A DNA stretch of 64,000 nucleotides from Mobula hypostoma (Eukaryota): contig NC_086097.1 of assembly GCF_963921235.1 (NCBI RefSeq), positions 189,536,001 through 189,600,000 on the forward strand, in the 5' to 3' direction. Numbering within the stretch: position 1 is the first letter of the stretch; each line of letters opens with the position of its first letter. The notes beneath the pieces are model-generated. The model saw nothing but the letters and a program-made list of their open reading frames with translations, did not search any database and was not told the DNA's origin. Positions 39,811 through 53,174 of the stretch are shown in pieces. Made by a program: the position numbers and the translations under genes.

Positions 39811-42379
39811 CTGGGGACAGAGAAGCGTACAGTCGAAATGCATGCCATTTCATCTTTTGTTCAAATAAGACAACAATCCTATAGTTTGTTTCCTCTGCTT
39901 CGCAGAGCAGTTCAGAAACTCTGATTAATGCTGGGAATTACGCATTTGCTAACTGTTGCAAACATCTACATTCATTGAAGAGACTAAAGTTGTTTTAACT
40001 GTTTAAGCTACAAATCTTCATAATTCATGCAAAAGAAAAACAAAATAAGATCATGTGAAAGCTTGAGCAATAATATTGATAAACAATTTACTGTTAATAT
40101 TCTAGGAATTGAATACCCGTAAGTCATGATTTATTATATTAGCTGGTAACACATTTAAATTATAGCTCAGATTTTATTTCTTCTACTTTTCAGGCTAAAA
40201 TTCACAGGATACACACTAAATATATTCAACACACTAATTCTTTTTCATGAACATTATCACAGTGGGAATCAATCTCATTTATGTAGATATATTTTAACCA
40301 GGGTAACATAAAAATTTGTTGCATAATATACACCAGCCATCAGTTTATTATTATTGCAATAGATGTGATATTTAAGAAAACTTAACATTGCCACAATATA
40401 TTTACTCTGTTCAATCTCAGTTGCAAATCATTTTCTATGTTAACTTGGGAATTACAGCTGAATGAATGAATCCTGTTAATCTTATTGATATGCTATCATT
40501 TTAAAATGAAGAAAGTAGTTTATATTCTATTACAAGAAAATTAAATATGTTTGTTACATAAAATATATGAGAAGATAACAGATCTGTATTTTCCATTGTG
40601 GTTCTCATATGTACATAACGTGTTTACAATCACTTGCAATAACAGAAAATCTTAATGAAAAGAACATAAACATTGCATCTTACCAATTCTATTCTTCAGA
40701 TGTCAAGTACGTTTACCAAGCACCGATGAGATTTTGATGGTATTTAGATTATAAACTCAAATGGCATCTTTAATTCCAATCTGAAGCAATTTGATTGCAA
40801 TGTTTATCTTTGATGTATTCAGGTAGATATGGGATATATCTGATCCACGTACTGTGCTTCCTACGACCTTAGATCTGAAGGTCAGTAACATGCTTAATAT
40901 GCTTACATGACTGTGCCTGGTGCTGAATACAAAGAAGAGTTGGTATTTAATTAAATGAGGGAGATTAAATGGGGCATCAAGCTTTGTTTGCCCCTTTTGT
41001 TCTAAGTTCATTAGCATTCTACTCTTCAGATTTATTGCAGCTAATATCCTCCACATCAAACTTACTGAATTCTTTGTTGGATACAATGCTAACACCTGAA
41101 ATATGTAGCTAAACAATTGTGCTGCACTTTTAACATTTCGTGATTTCAGCCCACCCGTCTGGACCACAATTGTGGGGTTAAAAAGAATTTTCCAGACACT
41201 TGCAATGCACATTTCACGTATGAAGCTCTATACCAGTTTGCAGACATCATGGTCAAATTAAAAGAGACATCATTGAGACTGCAGAGATCAATATTACCAG
41301 GGCCATGTGTCTGGTAAGAAGCTGCAAACAGCCTAGACATTATGTTCTCAGTCCCAAGGACAAACACAAATTCATCTACTATTGGCTAGTAAAAGTAATT
41401 ATAAGATCAATGACCAAGCTGTGGATGAAGGTATATTCAATAATTTAATGAGTGTCATTTCAGCCACACCAAGGACAATCATTATGAAAATACTAATACA
41501 TAAATACAGCACAAGTTTAAGTACAAACTCAAATAATATTGATTGGCTTGAGGCAGATGCAGTATTTTGGGATTTTGGATTTTTAATTTGTTTCTCTAGT
41601 AGTGTGCATATTTCACTGAAATGGCACACACACCAGATATTCAGGTTGTTAAATGGTATGGGAGAATTATTACAGTGTTTGAATATTTGGATCCTAAGAG
41701 CTCTGACATCCTGTGGGATTGGTAGTCCTTGCCTTTTGACTGTATTCTGACATTCTATACAGTTTTCTCCTGATACATTTCCAATGGTTAATCTTTTTGC
41801 ATGGCAAATGACAGGGGATGTGACAGATATTGATGATTCTGCAAGGGGTGAGTGATGTGGCAGACAATGAAGAACGTGACGATTCTGCAAGGGGTGATCT
41901 TAGAATCTCTTTAGAAAGCTCTGGTTATGAGAGTAAGTACTCTGACCTTGGAGACCTATTGTGGGCTTCAGTCCCTGGTTTTAGACAAACTAATCCTCTT
42001 GGAGTCAAGCACTTCTGCTAAATCACTTCTGTAAGAGTCAACTGAAAACAGGTAAAATCGCCAGTTGTATCTACAGAATAAAAATGAAAGGTTGCACTAC
42101 ACTGACAGCTGTAGGCAGTGCTAAGCATGTCTTAGTAGATGATGCAATAGATTGCACAGCTCATTGAGACTATCCTTCATGAAGCAGATACACAAAACAT
42201 GGTGCTTTTCCGTCAGCTTGTGGTACTCTGAATCTACACATGGCCTAGGGCTTCCTGTATCCTTTCTTTGCAGGGTTGCCTTGCGTCCCATCACCTTGTC
42301 TGTGCAATCACTAATGCAGCAGTTCTTTGTGTTTTACGCCAAAGGGAAAGGAAGAAAAAGGGGGTGGGGGCACAGCAGG

Positions 42380-45300
42380 ATAGAGTCATTGAGTTACAAG
42401 GCATGGAAGCAGGCCACTGAGTTCAACACATTAATGTTAACCAAGATGTGTACCTGAGCTAGTCTGCTTTTGGGGCTTCCATCCCTCTAAATCCTCCCTG
42501 TCTATTTATTTGTCTAGATTTCTTTTGTGTTGTAATTATTCTCACCTTAACTGCTTCCCCGGGCAACTCTTTTCATGCCATCCTTTGTCTGTCTGGAAAG
42601 ACTTGCCTCTCAGATCTCTTTTAAATCTTTACCTTCTCACCTTAAACTGACTCCCCTACCCAACAAAAAAAAAACACTGAAACTATTCACCTTTTTTAAC
42701 TTCTCATGATTTGATATACGTTTTTGGTCACTGCTCAGCTCCCCATGTTCCAGGACAACAGCCTCAGGCTATTCTGTTTCTCCTTAGAACTCAAGCTGTC
42801 CAGTCCTACCAATAATCACCCTGCCTCCTTCAAGGAACTACATACTTGTATCCCTAAGTCTCTCAGTTCCTTTACATTCTCCAGGGCCCTATCATTTACT
42901 GATAAGTTTCTGCCTGGTTTAACTTACTAAAATATAGCACTCTGCAGTTGTCCAAAATAAATTCCATCTGCTCTTCCTTGGCCCATTTCCTCAGTCGATC
43001 TAGATCCTGTTGTAATCATAGTTGATCTACACCATCAATTTTGGTGTCATCTGCAAACTTGCTAGCAATGCCATCTGGATTTTCATCCAGATCATTAATA
43101 TAGATGACAAATAAGAAAACATAGCCCAATTAGAGAGAGCCAGCATGGTTTTGTGCGAGGCAAATCGTGTCTTACTATCATGATTGAGTTTTTTGGCGAG
43201 ATGATGAGGGTGATTGATGAAGGCAGAGCTGTGGATGTTGTCTACATGTATTTAAGTAATGCATTTGACAAAATCACAATGGCGGGCTTACCCAGAAGAT
43301 TAAGATGCATGGAATCCATGGTGAATTAGCTATTTTGACTCTGAACTGACTTGCCCATTGAAGATAGAGGTAGTCATTGAAGAGACTTATTCTACCTGGA
43401 GGTCTGTGATTAGTAGGTTCCACAGGGATCTCTGCTGGGACCTTTGCTGTTTGTGATTTATGTAAGTGACCTGGATTAGGTGGATGGGTTAGAAAGTTTG
43501 TAGATGATATGAAGATTGGTGGTGTTGTGGATAGCGTAGAAGACTGGCAAAGAATCCAATGGTATATACATTAGTTGTAGATATGGTTGGAGAGATGGCA
43601 AATGGAGTTTAACCCAGCCTAGTGTGAAGTGTTGCACTTTGGTAGGTGAAATATCAAGAGACAGTACATTGTTGAGGGCAAGATCCTTAGCAGTGTTGAT
43701 GAACAGAAGGATCTTGGGATCGAAGTTCATAGCTCCCCAAATGTGGCTGCACGGGTTGATATGGCGGTTAAGAAGACATATGATATGTTTGCACTATTGT
43801 GACTACTGTTGCTACAGTGACACTGTAATTTCCTTTGGGATCAATAAAGTATTCATCCATCTATATATTAGTTGAGGCATTGAGTTCAAAAGTCAGGAAA
43901 TAATATTCCAGCTTTATAAAATTCTAGTTAGGTTGCATCCAACTAAACATCGCTCAAACAACATCATTAAGTTTGCTAATGATACAACCATTGCTGTTAG
44001 ATTCTCAGATAGAGATGAGAGAGCGTGCAGGAATGAGATAGACCCTATAGTTGAGTGGTGTCGCAGGAACAATCTTGCACTCAACGTCATCGAGACCAAA
44101 GAGCTAATTGTGGACTTCAGGAAGGGTAAGACGAGGGAACACAAACCAATCTTCACAGAGGGATCAGAAGTGGAGAGAGTGAGCAATTTCAAGTTCCTAG
44201 GTGTTAATATCTCTTAGGTCATAATCTGAATGCAACATATTGATGCAACTATAAAAAAGCAAGACCGTGGCTATATTTCATTAGGACTTTGTGGAGATTT
44301 GGTTTGTCAACTAAAATACTCAAAAACTTCTGCAAATGTACCATGGAGGGGCCTCTGCACAGGATCAGAAAAAGCCATGATATGCCCTCTTCTTGTTGTT
44401 ACCATCAAGCAGGAGGTACAGGAGCCTGAGGTCACACACTCAGTGTTTCAGGAACAGCTTCTTCTCCTTCACCATCAGATTCCTGAATGGACAATGAACC
44501 CATGACCACTACCTCACTATTTTTCCTCTTGAATTTTCTTTTTAAAATATATTCTTATTTTAGTTTATTGTGTTTATTATTATGTATTACCACAAAAATT
44601 ACTAATTTCACAACATATGATATTGATATTAAACCTGATTTTGATTCTGACGTATGCTTCCTTCTTTTTCTGATCAGAGCTTCAATATCTCTCATCAACT
44701 AGGGTTTCCTAACCTGGCCTGCATTGCCCTTCACTCTAACAGGAACATGTGGGGCGTGAATTCTCCCTATTTCTCTTTTAAAAACCTCCCTCTAGCCAAT
44801 TATCCCTTTACTTTCATAATCTTACCCAAACATTCTTTGCAAGTTTTCTGTCTAATGTCATCATAATTAGCCTTGATGCAATTTAGGACTTCAACTAGTG
44901 AAACAGGTCCATCTACTTCCATAACAATTTTAATAGAATTACAGTCACTGGTCCCAAAGTGCTCCCTCACCAAAACCTCGGATACTTGCCCTGTATCATT
45001 TACCAACAGCAGGTCAAATGTTACTTCTCTCATCCCCACCTCCATCGCATATCCAGTAGGAGCATTTAAGTATTATTTGAGAAAAATTTCCAGGACACTC
45101 TTAACAAAATCCTGTCCCATCCATACCCTAAGCACAGAGTCTGTCCCAGTCAAATTTAGGGAAGTTAAAATCATGTATTACAAACCTATTATTCCTACAC
45201 TTATCTGTGATCTCTTTGCATGACTGCTCCTCTAATTCCTGCTGACTATCAAGGGGCCTATAGTACAAGCCCAACTTATTTCTAAGTCTCATTGTATGAT

Positions 45301-45470
45301 CCCACAGGGTTATCTTCCTTAAGTGACACCATGATATTCTCCCTAATCAAGAATGCAACTACCCCTCTTCTCCTACATTTACCCCTATCACGCCTGTAGC
45401 ATCCGTACCAGGAACATTGAGCTGTGAGGCTTTCCTGTTCCCCGACCGTGTTTCTGAATGATATCCCAGT
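42380..45470. mobile_element. Cluster of decayed CR1 (both strands) and Rex1/Babar fragments
   Basis: CR1 minus about 42380-43115, CR1 plus about 43130-43920, Rex RT plus about 43935-44650 (IIKFANDTT, KTKELIVDFRK-like), CR1 APE minus about 44655-45470. Confidence 0.75.
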
Positions 45471-46154
45471 CCTATATGTTTACCATGCCCCAAATTCAAC
45501 TGCCTTATCTGTCATGTTTCATGCACGAAAGTAAATACAATTTGGTCTTCAATCTTCCTGTCCTGCCTACTGCAATCACTTGCATCATCTTCCATATTTG
45601 CTCCTTTGTCATCTGCCACACTTTCACTTTGGGTCCCACACCCACCATGAAGCTTGCGGTAAAACTCATAAGGTCAGCAACAACGAGTCCAAACACAAAT
45701 CTTTTCTTGCATCTCATTGCATTATACATTGCAATAATTCAAACAAAAATACAATAATGTCCTAACATCATAATTTTACATTTACTTGAATCCTCATTTT
45801 TTGTATACAGTTAAATTTAATAAATAGTGCATACCCATGGAATATAGAGTGTATTATAATTAACAATGGAATGTTGTCAATTCATATTATGGATTCTTAC
45901 AGAATAAAGGAAGGCTATTATACCCATGCTAGCTCTATAAAAAGGTTATCCACTTGATTCTATATTCTTGTCAATATGTCAGAATAAATACTGTTTCAGC
46001 TAAGGCTACTGTGCAGTGAACTTAATGATCTATTTCCTTCTGTCTGTCTGTATCTTGTTTTACGGCGGTTGGCATCCAGCTTAATGGTGCATTACCGCCA
46101 CCCTCTGCTCCAGAATGTGCACTAGACATACATTCTAAATCCCTTCACCCAATC

Positions 46155-46161
46155 GCGCGCG

Positions 46162-46209
<48 letters not shown>
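46155..46209. repeat. Compound (GC)n(AC)n(AT)n microsatellite in the LINE 3' UTR
   Basis: Directly visible. Confidence 0.9.
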
Positions 46210-46269
46210 CAAACCTACACTTCACCCTCCCATCTTTGACCGTCCTAGTATCCTATTCCTGTTTATTTG

Positions 46270-48034
46270 TCATATTCTATAAAAAACCTGGGCCTTCCTT
46301 ATTTCAGTCTCTAACATAATCACTGAGTCCATGGAATTCCTTCCCTTTCTAAAACCACTCTGATAACTTGCCAGCATTCCCCTTTTCTCAAGCTCATATG
46401 ATAACCTTTCTGTTATCATCCTTTCCATTATCTTACATATACTTGATGTTAATGCAATTGGTCTGTAGCTAGTGGGTTTTGACAGATCCTTGCCAGGCTT
46501 CCTTATTGGAATTACTACTGCTTCTTTCCATGCACTTGGTAATCTTCCCTCCTCCCACACTCTGTTATAAAAATGCAGCAACTTCAAGAGCGCTCCTTCT
46601 CCTCGATTTTTTAGCATCACAGAGCTTTAGCATATCAGATCTTTCCGGGGGAGGTTGGTCTCGATCTCTTTATTGCTCTCACCATTTCTGCTAATGTAAA
46701 TGGATCATCAATTATATCATCTGTTCCTTCCCTCCTGCTTAACACACCTGGGTGTTGGCTCATTATTCTTTCTGTTCTTCTTCTCCCTCTTCAGACAAAT
46801 TTTCTGAACTGTGTATCAGTACAAATGACTTGGCTATGACCTCAGCCTTATCCCTACTGGAGACTGCAGTTTCCTCCTCAGATATCATTACTGGATATTC
46901 TCATTCCCTTCTATCTCCTCCCATCCTCTTAATCATTCCCCATATCTCTCCCACAGGTGTTGTTCTTCCTACCTTGTCGCAAAAACTCCTCCAACTTGCC
47001 CTTTTAGCTTGACGTATAGTTCTTCTCACCACTGCCTGTGCTTTCTTATATTGAACCAAATGCTGCATATTATGGGTTCTTTTAACTAGCCTGAATGCTC
47101 TATTTCTGTTTTTTACAGCCTGACAACATTCCTCTGTCCACCATGGTACCAGTTTTCTATTCATCCTATTTTTACTCCTAGGTATAGATCCTTCTGCTGC
47201 CATGATAATTGCTGAAGTCACCTGACTGTTTAATTCATCTACATTTCCAGAAATATCAATCTTTGTCAACCCTTCTTCACTCAACTTCTGGAACTTACCC
47301 CAATCAGCTTTTTCAAACACCCACTTTGGGGTTCCGCCACCTGGTCTTACTTCAACTCTTTCACCCACTGAACTCAAAACTGGGTAGTGATCACTGCCTA
47401 CTGTTGAAGCAGGCCAAACTCCCCAGTTACTAATGCCAGCCAAGGTATTAGACACTAACGTAATATCTAACACTGACTCAGTTCCTGTTGTTATATCTAT
47501 CCTTGTGCCGCTACCATCATTCATACACACCAAATCCCTTTCTTCCATCAAATCTTCAATTACCTTTCCATTTGGAAAGGTAATCTGATCCCCCCATATT
47601 GTGCTATGAGCATTGAAATCTGCACACCACACTACTTTATGTCTGTTTTGTCCTTGTATCTTTAATAGGCTGTCCAAATCCAACCTTTTACATGGATTGT
47701 AGTAGTTAATTATAACCACTCCCTCCCCTGTCTCCCACACTTCCACCACTATGTATTCCTGATCATCTCCTTTTTCCAGTACCCTATATGGTATACCTTG
47801 CTTGATTAACATAGCACAACCCCCTCCTCCCCCTAGATTTCTATCTTTCCTTATCATTGTATACCCATATACCACAAAGTCTAAAGTTGGTTTCAACCAA
47901 GTTTCCTGAATACATACTTCATCCGGTTTTACAACCATTTCTTTAATAAAGTGCTTGAATTCCTGGCTATTGGCCAGTAAGCTCCTTGCATTCCATTGTA
48001 AAAGAATTACCATAATTAGTATTAACCAACACAT
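46270..48034 (-). pseudogene. LINE ORF2 (APE intact, RT truncated)
   Basis: LQWNARSL, IQETWL, DFNAH and GSDHYP motifs; in-frame TGA at 46901, a later frameshift, then YRPIALTS and QSGFR before an abrupt end. Confidence 0.88.
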
Positions 48035-49395
48035 GACACTTCCTGGCTTGACTGATTACTGAGGTTCTCCCTCACTTCCTCCCATGTCAGTCCTACTAAC
48101 CCTAAATGGTTTACTGCTGCTTTTACCACCAGCTGAATTTTGTCACTTTTTGATTTTACCTCAGCCGTACTATTAATCACTCCTGCAATGAATGTTACTG
48201 GAGCCTTTTTGTCTACATAAATCCTGTCATTTGTTCTTTGTTGCATCTCTCGTATCCCTATTGCTCCCTGTTCATTAGGAGCATTATTCTGTTCTCTTGA
48301 CGTTCTTACAGCTTCTGCATAAGTGATCTTTCTTTTCACTCTTATTTCTTGAATTTTAGTCTCCCGTCTGACAACCTCACACCCACTATATGCCACATTA
48401 TGAGCTCCTCCACAATTGCAGCATTTTGGTTGAACTCCTGTTCCGCACTTTCCATATTCATGATCACCCCCACATCTAGCACATCTCCTCTGCCTTTTAC
48501 AGTTTTTAGCCACGTGTCCAAACCTTTGACAATTATAGCACCTCAGTGGTTTTGGCACATACACCCTTACTGAGTAACTCATGAAACCCAGGAACACCTT
48601 CCTTGGCACTCTTTCTTCTTCAAATTCAATCAATACAGATTCACTTTCCTTTTTCACTCCCTCCTTTGTTGTTTTCAGTCTTTGAACATTCATTACTTTC
48701 CCTCCTTTGATATTCCTCTTTATCTCCTCCATATTTATACTCATTGGTATCCCAGTGATCACTCCTTTACAACCACTGTTTTGTGCTCCCACCCTCCCAG
48801 TGTATTCCACCTTGCATTTTCTTATCTCTTTTAGCTTGAGTGCTTTCTCAAGTTGTTCCTCATTCGCACATCTTACCAATAAGTTGCCATCATTAAGGAC
48901 TTTTGCAAATACTATTTCCCCTATCTTATTTGTCAGAGTTGTTGTTAGCACAAACAGGTTAATTTTCTTCATATGTCCCTGAGCCTTCTCATTAAACCCA
49001 ATTATGACAACACCTCCTCTCTGAGCTTGTTCATCTTCCTCACTTTCAGAGCTTTCTCCACTGTCATTTCTTATTCTTTTATTCCCTTTGTCTTGGTTTT
49101 TATCCATCCGACCCCTCACTACCTCCTCATTCCCTTTATTTCTCCCTTCACAATAATCCACCTCTCCCCAGCTGCCTACCTCTGGTCCCAAGTCTCTATC
49201 CCTCTCCTTCTCCACTTTCTTTCCCTCAACCCCACCTCTTATCTTGTCCGCAATTACCGGACCCACACGACCCCCTCCCAGCAATTTCCATTCCTTCCCC
49301 ACTCTCTTTCCCTCAACAGGTTCCAAACCACATTCACGCATCAAGCAAAACACAGCCAGCTTCCAGTCGAGCCAACTCAGCAGCTCAGCAGCCAT
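48022..49395 (-). CDS. LINE ORF1 gag-like nucleic-acid-binding protein with three CCHC knuckles
   Basis: Uninterrupted ORF containing CYNCQRFGHVAKNC, CARCGGDHEYGKC and CCNCGGAHNVAYSGC. The first ATG inside the element is at 49395; the true start is uncertain. Confidence 0.85.
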   Translation of the reverse strand: MAAELLSWLDWKLAVFCLMRECGLEPVEGKRVGKEWKLLGGGRVGPVIADKIRGGVEGKKVEKERDRDLGPEVGSWGEVDYCEGRNKGNEEVVRGRMDKNQDKGNKRIRNDSGESSESEEDEQAQRGGVVIIGFNEKAQGHMKKINLFVLTTTLTNKIGEIVFAKVLNDGNLLVRCANEEQLEKALKLKEIRKCKVEYTGRVGAQNSGCKGVITGIPMSINMEEIKRNIKGGKVMNVQRLKTTKEGVKKESESVLIEFEEERVPRKVFLGFMSYSVRVYVPKPLRCYNCQRFGHVAKNCKRQRRCARCGGDHEYGKCGTGVQPKCCNCGGAHNVAYSGCEVVRRETKIQEIRVKRKITYAEAVRTSREQNNAPNEQGAIGIREMQQRTNDRIYVDKKAPVTFIAGVINSTAEVKSKSDKIQLVVKAAVNHLGLVGLTWEEVRENLSNQSSQEVSCVG

Positions 49396-50329
49396 CCCAG
49401 CTGGCCAACCGTCTCTATCTATTTCCTTCAACTACGGTTTTATCTATTGGATGGCAGAGAGGAAATCCATCTTGACCAAAGGCATTCACTCCCTCTACTA
49501 GCTTGGAGCTCATCCTTGGGAAAGCCCCTACGTGAAGCCAATGGAGCAGGTGGTGGATGGTTGTATGAGCAGCTGATGTCAGGCTCATTAGGGTTATGTG
49601 ACCACTGATGTCAGGCAGACAGTCTGTCAAGTGTATTGATAATGACTGGGATCATCCATCTGTAAAGCAGCCAGCAAAATCCTATCTGAAGCCTTGCAAG
49701 GATTTACCCTCTAAAGGATGTCCTGACATTCGCCTCTGAGACAGAGATCACAGGGTAACCAGAAGCTGTAGGGATTTGCACAGGTGTAGCATTATTCTCC
49801 CTTTCAGAGTGTACATAAAAGCCATTGAGCTTATCTGGGAGTGAAGCATCATTGCATTTTATGTTGTTAGGTTTAGCCTCAAAGGAAGCAATGGCTGCAA
49901 ACCCTGCCACAGCCATTGTGCATCCAATTCAGACGGAATTGCCTTTTTACTCTCATGATGGCTTTCCGTAGGCCATACAAAGAGTTCTTGAAGGACTATG
50001 GATTCCAGTATGGAGTGCCTACAGATCTACAGCACTGTAGGCTGTAAATCTTCTGGTTCATCCAAGGCTTCTGGTATTTGAAGATTTGGTTTGTTTCTGA
50101 AGGTATATACTCATTGATGCAGGTCTTGCTAAGGTCAGTGATGGCTAATATTCATTCAGGTTCAGAGTGAAGGGACTCAGGATAGGATGGAAGGTAAAAA
50201 AAAAAGCAAAGATATTGTGCAGTCCAACTGTCAGGAAGGGCAGGCAGGTGATAGGTCAAAATTGCAGATAGAAGAGCAAGTATAAGTGCATTAGGAATGC
50301 AGAATCAAAAAATGATAGCAATTACAACG

Positions 50330-53172
50330 CCCTAAGTGTAATATCTCAATGCACAGAGTGTAAGAAATAAGGTGGATGGTCTTGTTACACTTTTACAGAT
50401 TGTCGGGTATGACGCTGTGGCCATCACTGAACCATGGCTGAAGGATGGTTGTAATTGGGAGCTGAATGTTCAAAGTTACACATTGTATTGGAGGGATAGG
50501 AAGGTAGAGAGAGGGGGTGATGTGGCTCTGCTGGTAAAGAAAGGCATCAAATTATTAGAAAGATGTGACATAGGATTGGAAGATGTTGAGTCCTTGTGGG
50601 TTGAGTTAAGAAACTGCAAGGGTAAAAGGACCCTGATGGCAGTTGTATACAGGCCTCCAAACAGTTGCTCCAACCACAGGTTACAAAGCGAAATAGAAAA
50701 GGTGTGTCAAAAGGACAATGTTATGATAGTCATGGGATATTTTAACATGCAAGTAGATTGGGAAAATCATATTGGTAATGGATTTCAAAAGGGTGAATTT
50801 GTTGAATGCCTACAAGATGGTTTTATAGAGGAGCTTGTCACTAAGCCTGCTAGGGGATCAGCTATACTGGATTGGCTGTTATGCAATGAACTGGAGGCTA
50901 TTAGGAAGCTTAAGGTAAAGGAACCCTCAGGAGGGATTGATTACAATATGATTGAAACTTGATGGGAAGAAAGTAAAATCTGATGTAGCAGTATTTCAGT
51001 GGAGTAAAGGAAATTACAGTATGAGTGAGGAGTTGGCCAAAGTAAATTGGAAGGAGGTACTGGCAAGGATGGCAGTAGAGCAGCAATGGTTTGAGTTTCT
51101 GGGAAAAATGAGGAGGGTGCAGGACATGCGTATTCCAAAAATGAAGAAGTACCCAAATGGTAAAATAGTACAACTGTGGCTGACAAGGGAAGTCAAAGCA
51201 AATGTAAAAGCAAAAGAGAGGGCATACAACAAAGCAAGAATTAGTGGGAAGACAGAGAATTGGGAAGCTTTTAAATACCTACAGAAAGCAGCTAAAAGAA
51301 TCATTAGGAGGGAAAAGATGAAATATGAAAACAAGCTAGCAAACAATATTAAGGTGAATAGAAAAAGCTTTTCCAAATATATAAAAAATAGAAGAGAGAT
51401 GAGAGTGGATATCGGACCACTAGAAAATAAGACAGGAGAAATAATAATGGGGTACAAGGAGATGGCAGATGAACTAAGTGAGTTTTTTGCATCAGTCTTC
51501 ACTGTGGAAGACACTAGCAGTGTGCCATGTGTTAAAGGATGTAAGTGCAGTTGCTATTACAAGGGAGAAGGTGCTCAAAAAGCTGAAAGACTTAAAGGTA
51601 CATAAGTCACCCTGGAATAGATGAACTGCACCATAGGGTTCTGAAAGAGGTAATGATAGAGATTGTGGAGGCATTATTAATGATATTTTCAAGAATCATT
51701 TCGACTCTGGCATAGTTGCAGAGGTCTGGAAAAATTGCAAAGGTCATTCCACCCTTTAAGGGAGGGAGGCAGCAGAAAAGATATTTTAGACCATTTAGCG
51801 TAACCTCAGTGGTTTGGAAGATGTTGGAGTCAATTGTTGAGGATGATGTTGTGGAGTACTTGGTGACACAGGGCAGACAAGATAGTACAAAGTCAGCATG
51901 GTTTCCTTCAGAGGAAATCATGCCTGACGAACTTGTTTGAATTCTTTGAAGAGATTACAAATAGTATAGATAAAAGAGATGCAGTGGATGTTGTATATTT
52001 GGATTTTCAGAAGGCCTTTGACAAGGTGCCACACAGGAGGCTGCTTACCAAGTTAAGAGTCCATGGTATTGCAGGACAGTTATTGGCATGGTTAGAGTAT
52101 TGGCTGATTGGTAGGAGAGAGTGAGTGGGAATAAACAGATCCTTTTCTGGTTGGCTGCCAGTGACTAGTGGTTTTCCGCAGCAGTTAGTGTTGGGACCAC
52201 TTCTTTTTCTTCTGTATATCAATGATTTAGATGATGGAATAGATGGCTTTGTTGCCAAGTTTGCAGATGATATGAAGATTAGTGGAGGGGCGGGTGGTGT
52301 TGAGGAAGCAGGAAGACTGCAGAAGGACTTAGACAGATTAAGAAAATGGGCTAGGAAGTGGCAAATGAAATGCAATGTTGGAAGATACATGGTCATGCAC
52401 TTTGGTGGAAGAAATAAATGCGTAGAGTATTTTCTAAAATGGGAGAACATCAAAAATGTAAGATGCAAAGGGACTTGGGAATCCTTGTGTGGAACATCCT
52501 AAAGGATAACTTGCAGGCTGAGTCTATGGTGAGGAAGGCAAATGCAATATTAGCATTCATTTCAAGAGGTCTATAATATAAAAGCAGGGATGTGATGCTG
52601 ATGCTTTATAGGGAACTGGTATTGTGAACAGTTTTGGACTCCTTACCTGAGAAAATATGTGCTGGCTTTGGAGAGGGTTCAGAAGAGGTTCACAAGGATG
52701 ATTCCGGGAATGAAAGGGTTATAATATTAGGAACGTTTGATGACTCTGGGTCTGTACTCACTGGAATTTTGAAGGATGAGGGGGATCCCATTGAAACCTT
52801 TCAAATATTGAAAGGCCTAGACAGGGTAGATGTGGTAAGCATGTTTCCAATGGCATGGGAGTCTAGGACAAGAGGGCATATCCTCAGGATAGAGGGGCAT
52901 CCATTTAAAACAGAGATGTAGAGAAATTTCTTTAGCCAGAGGGTGGTGATTTCTGGAATTTGTTACCACAGGCAGCTGTGGAGGGCAGGTCATTGGGTGT
53001 TTTTAAGGCAGTGATTGATAAGATGCTGACTGGCCATGGCCTCAAAGGTTATGGGGAGAAGGCTGGGGAGTGGGGCTGCAGAGGGGAAAAAATAAGGATC
53101 AGCCATGATTGAATGGCAGAGCAGATTCAATGTGTCAAATGGTCTAATTCTGCTCAATGCCTTATGGTCCCA
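50330..53172 (+). mobile_element. CR1 ORF2, nearly complete but decayed, with 3' end
   Basis: APE (VYRPPN) and RT (YLDFQKAFDKVPH, KFADDMK) motifs, with several stops and frameshifts. Confidence 0.92.
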
Positions 53173-53174
53173 TG

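Larger units (their letters stand above)
46041..49416 (-). mobile_element. Nimb/I-clade LINE, both ends present, internally deleted
   Basis: 13-bp TSD atctatttccttc (46028-46040, 49417-49429); (GACA)n tail; 3' motif ggtggcggtaatgcacc; gag-like ORF1 and APE-RT ORF2. Confidence 0.88.

Noticed and set aside
40757..41890. 151-aa and 163-aa ORFs on minus
   Set aside because: No recognisable domain, AT-rich intronic composition, and they do not fit the RALYL exon series.
49396..49431. ORF1 start at 49431 as given in the ORF track
   Set aside because: That start lies outside the element, beyond the TSD at 49417-49429.
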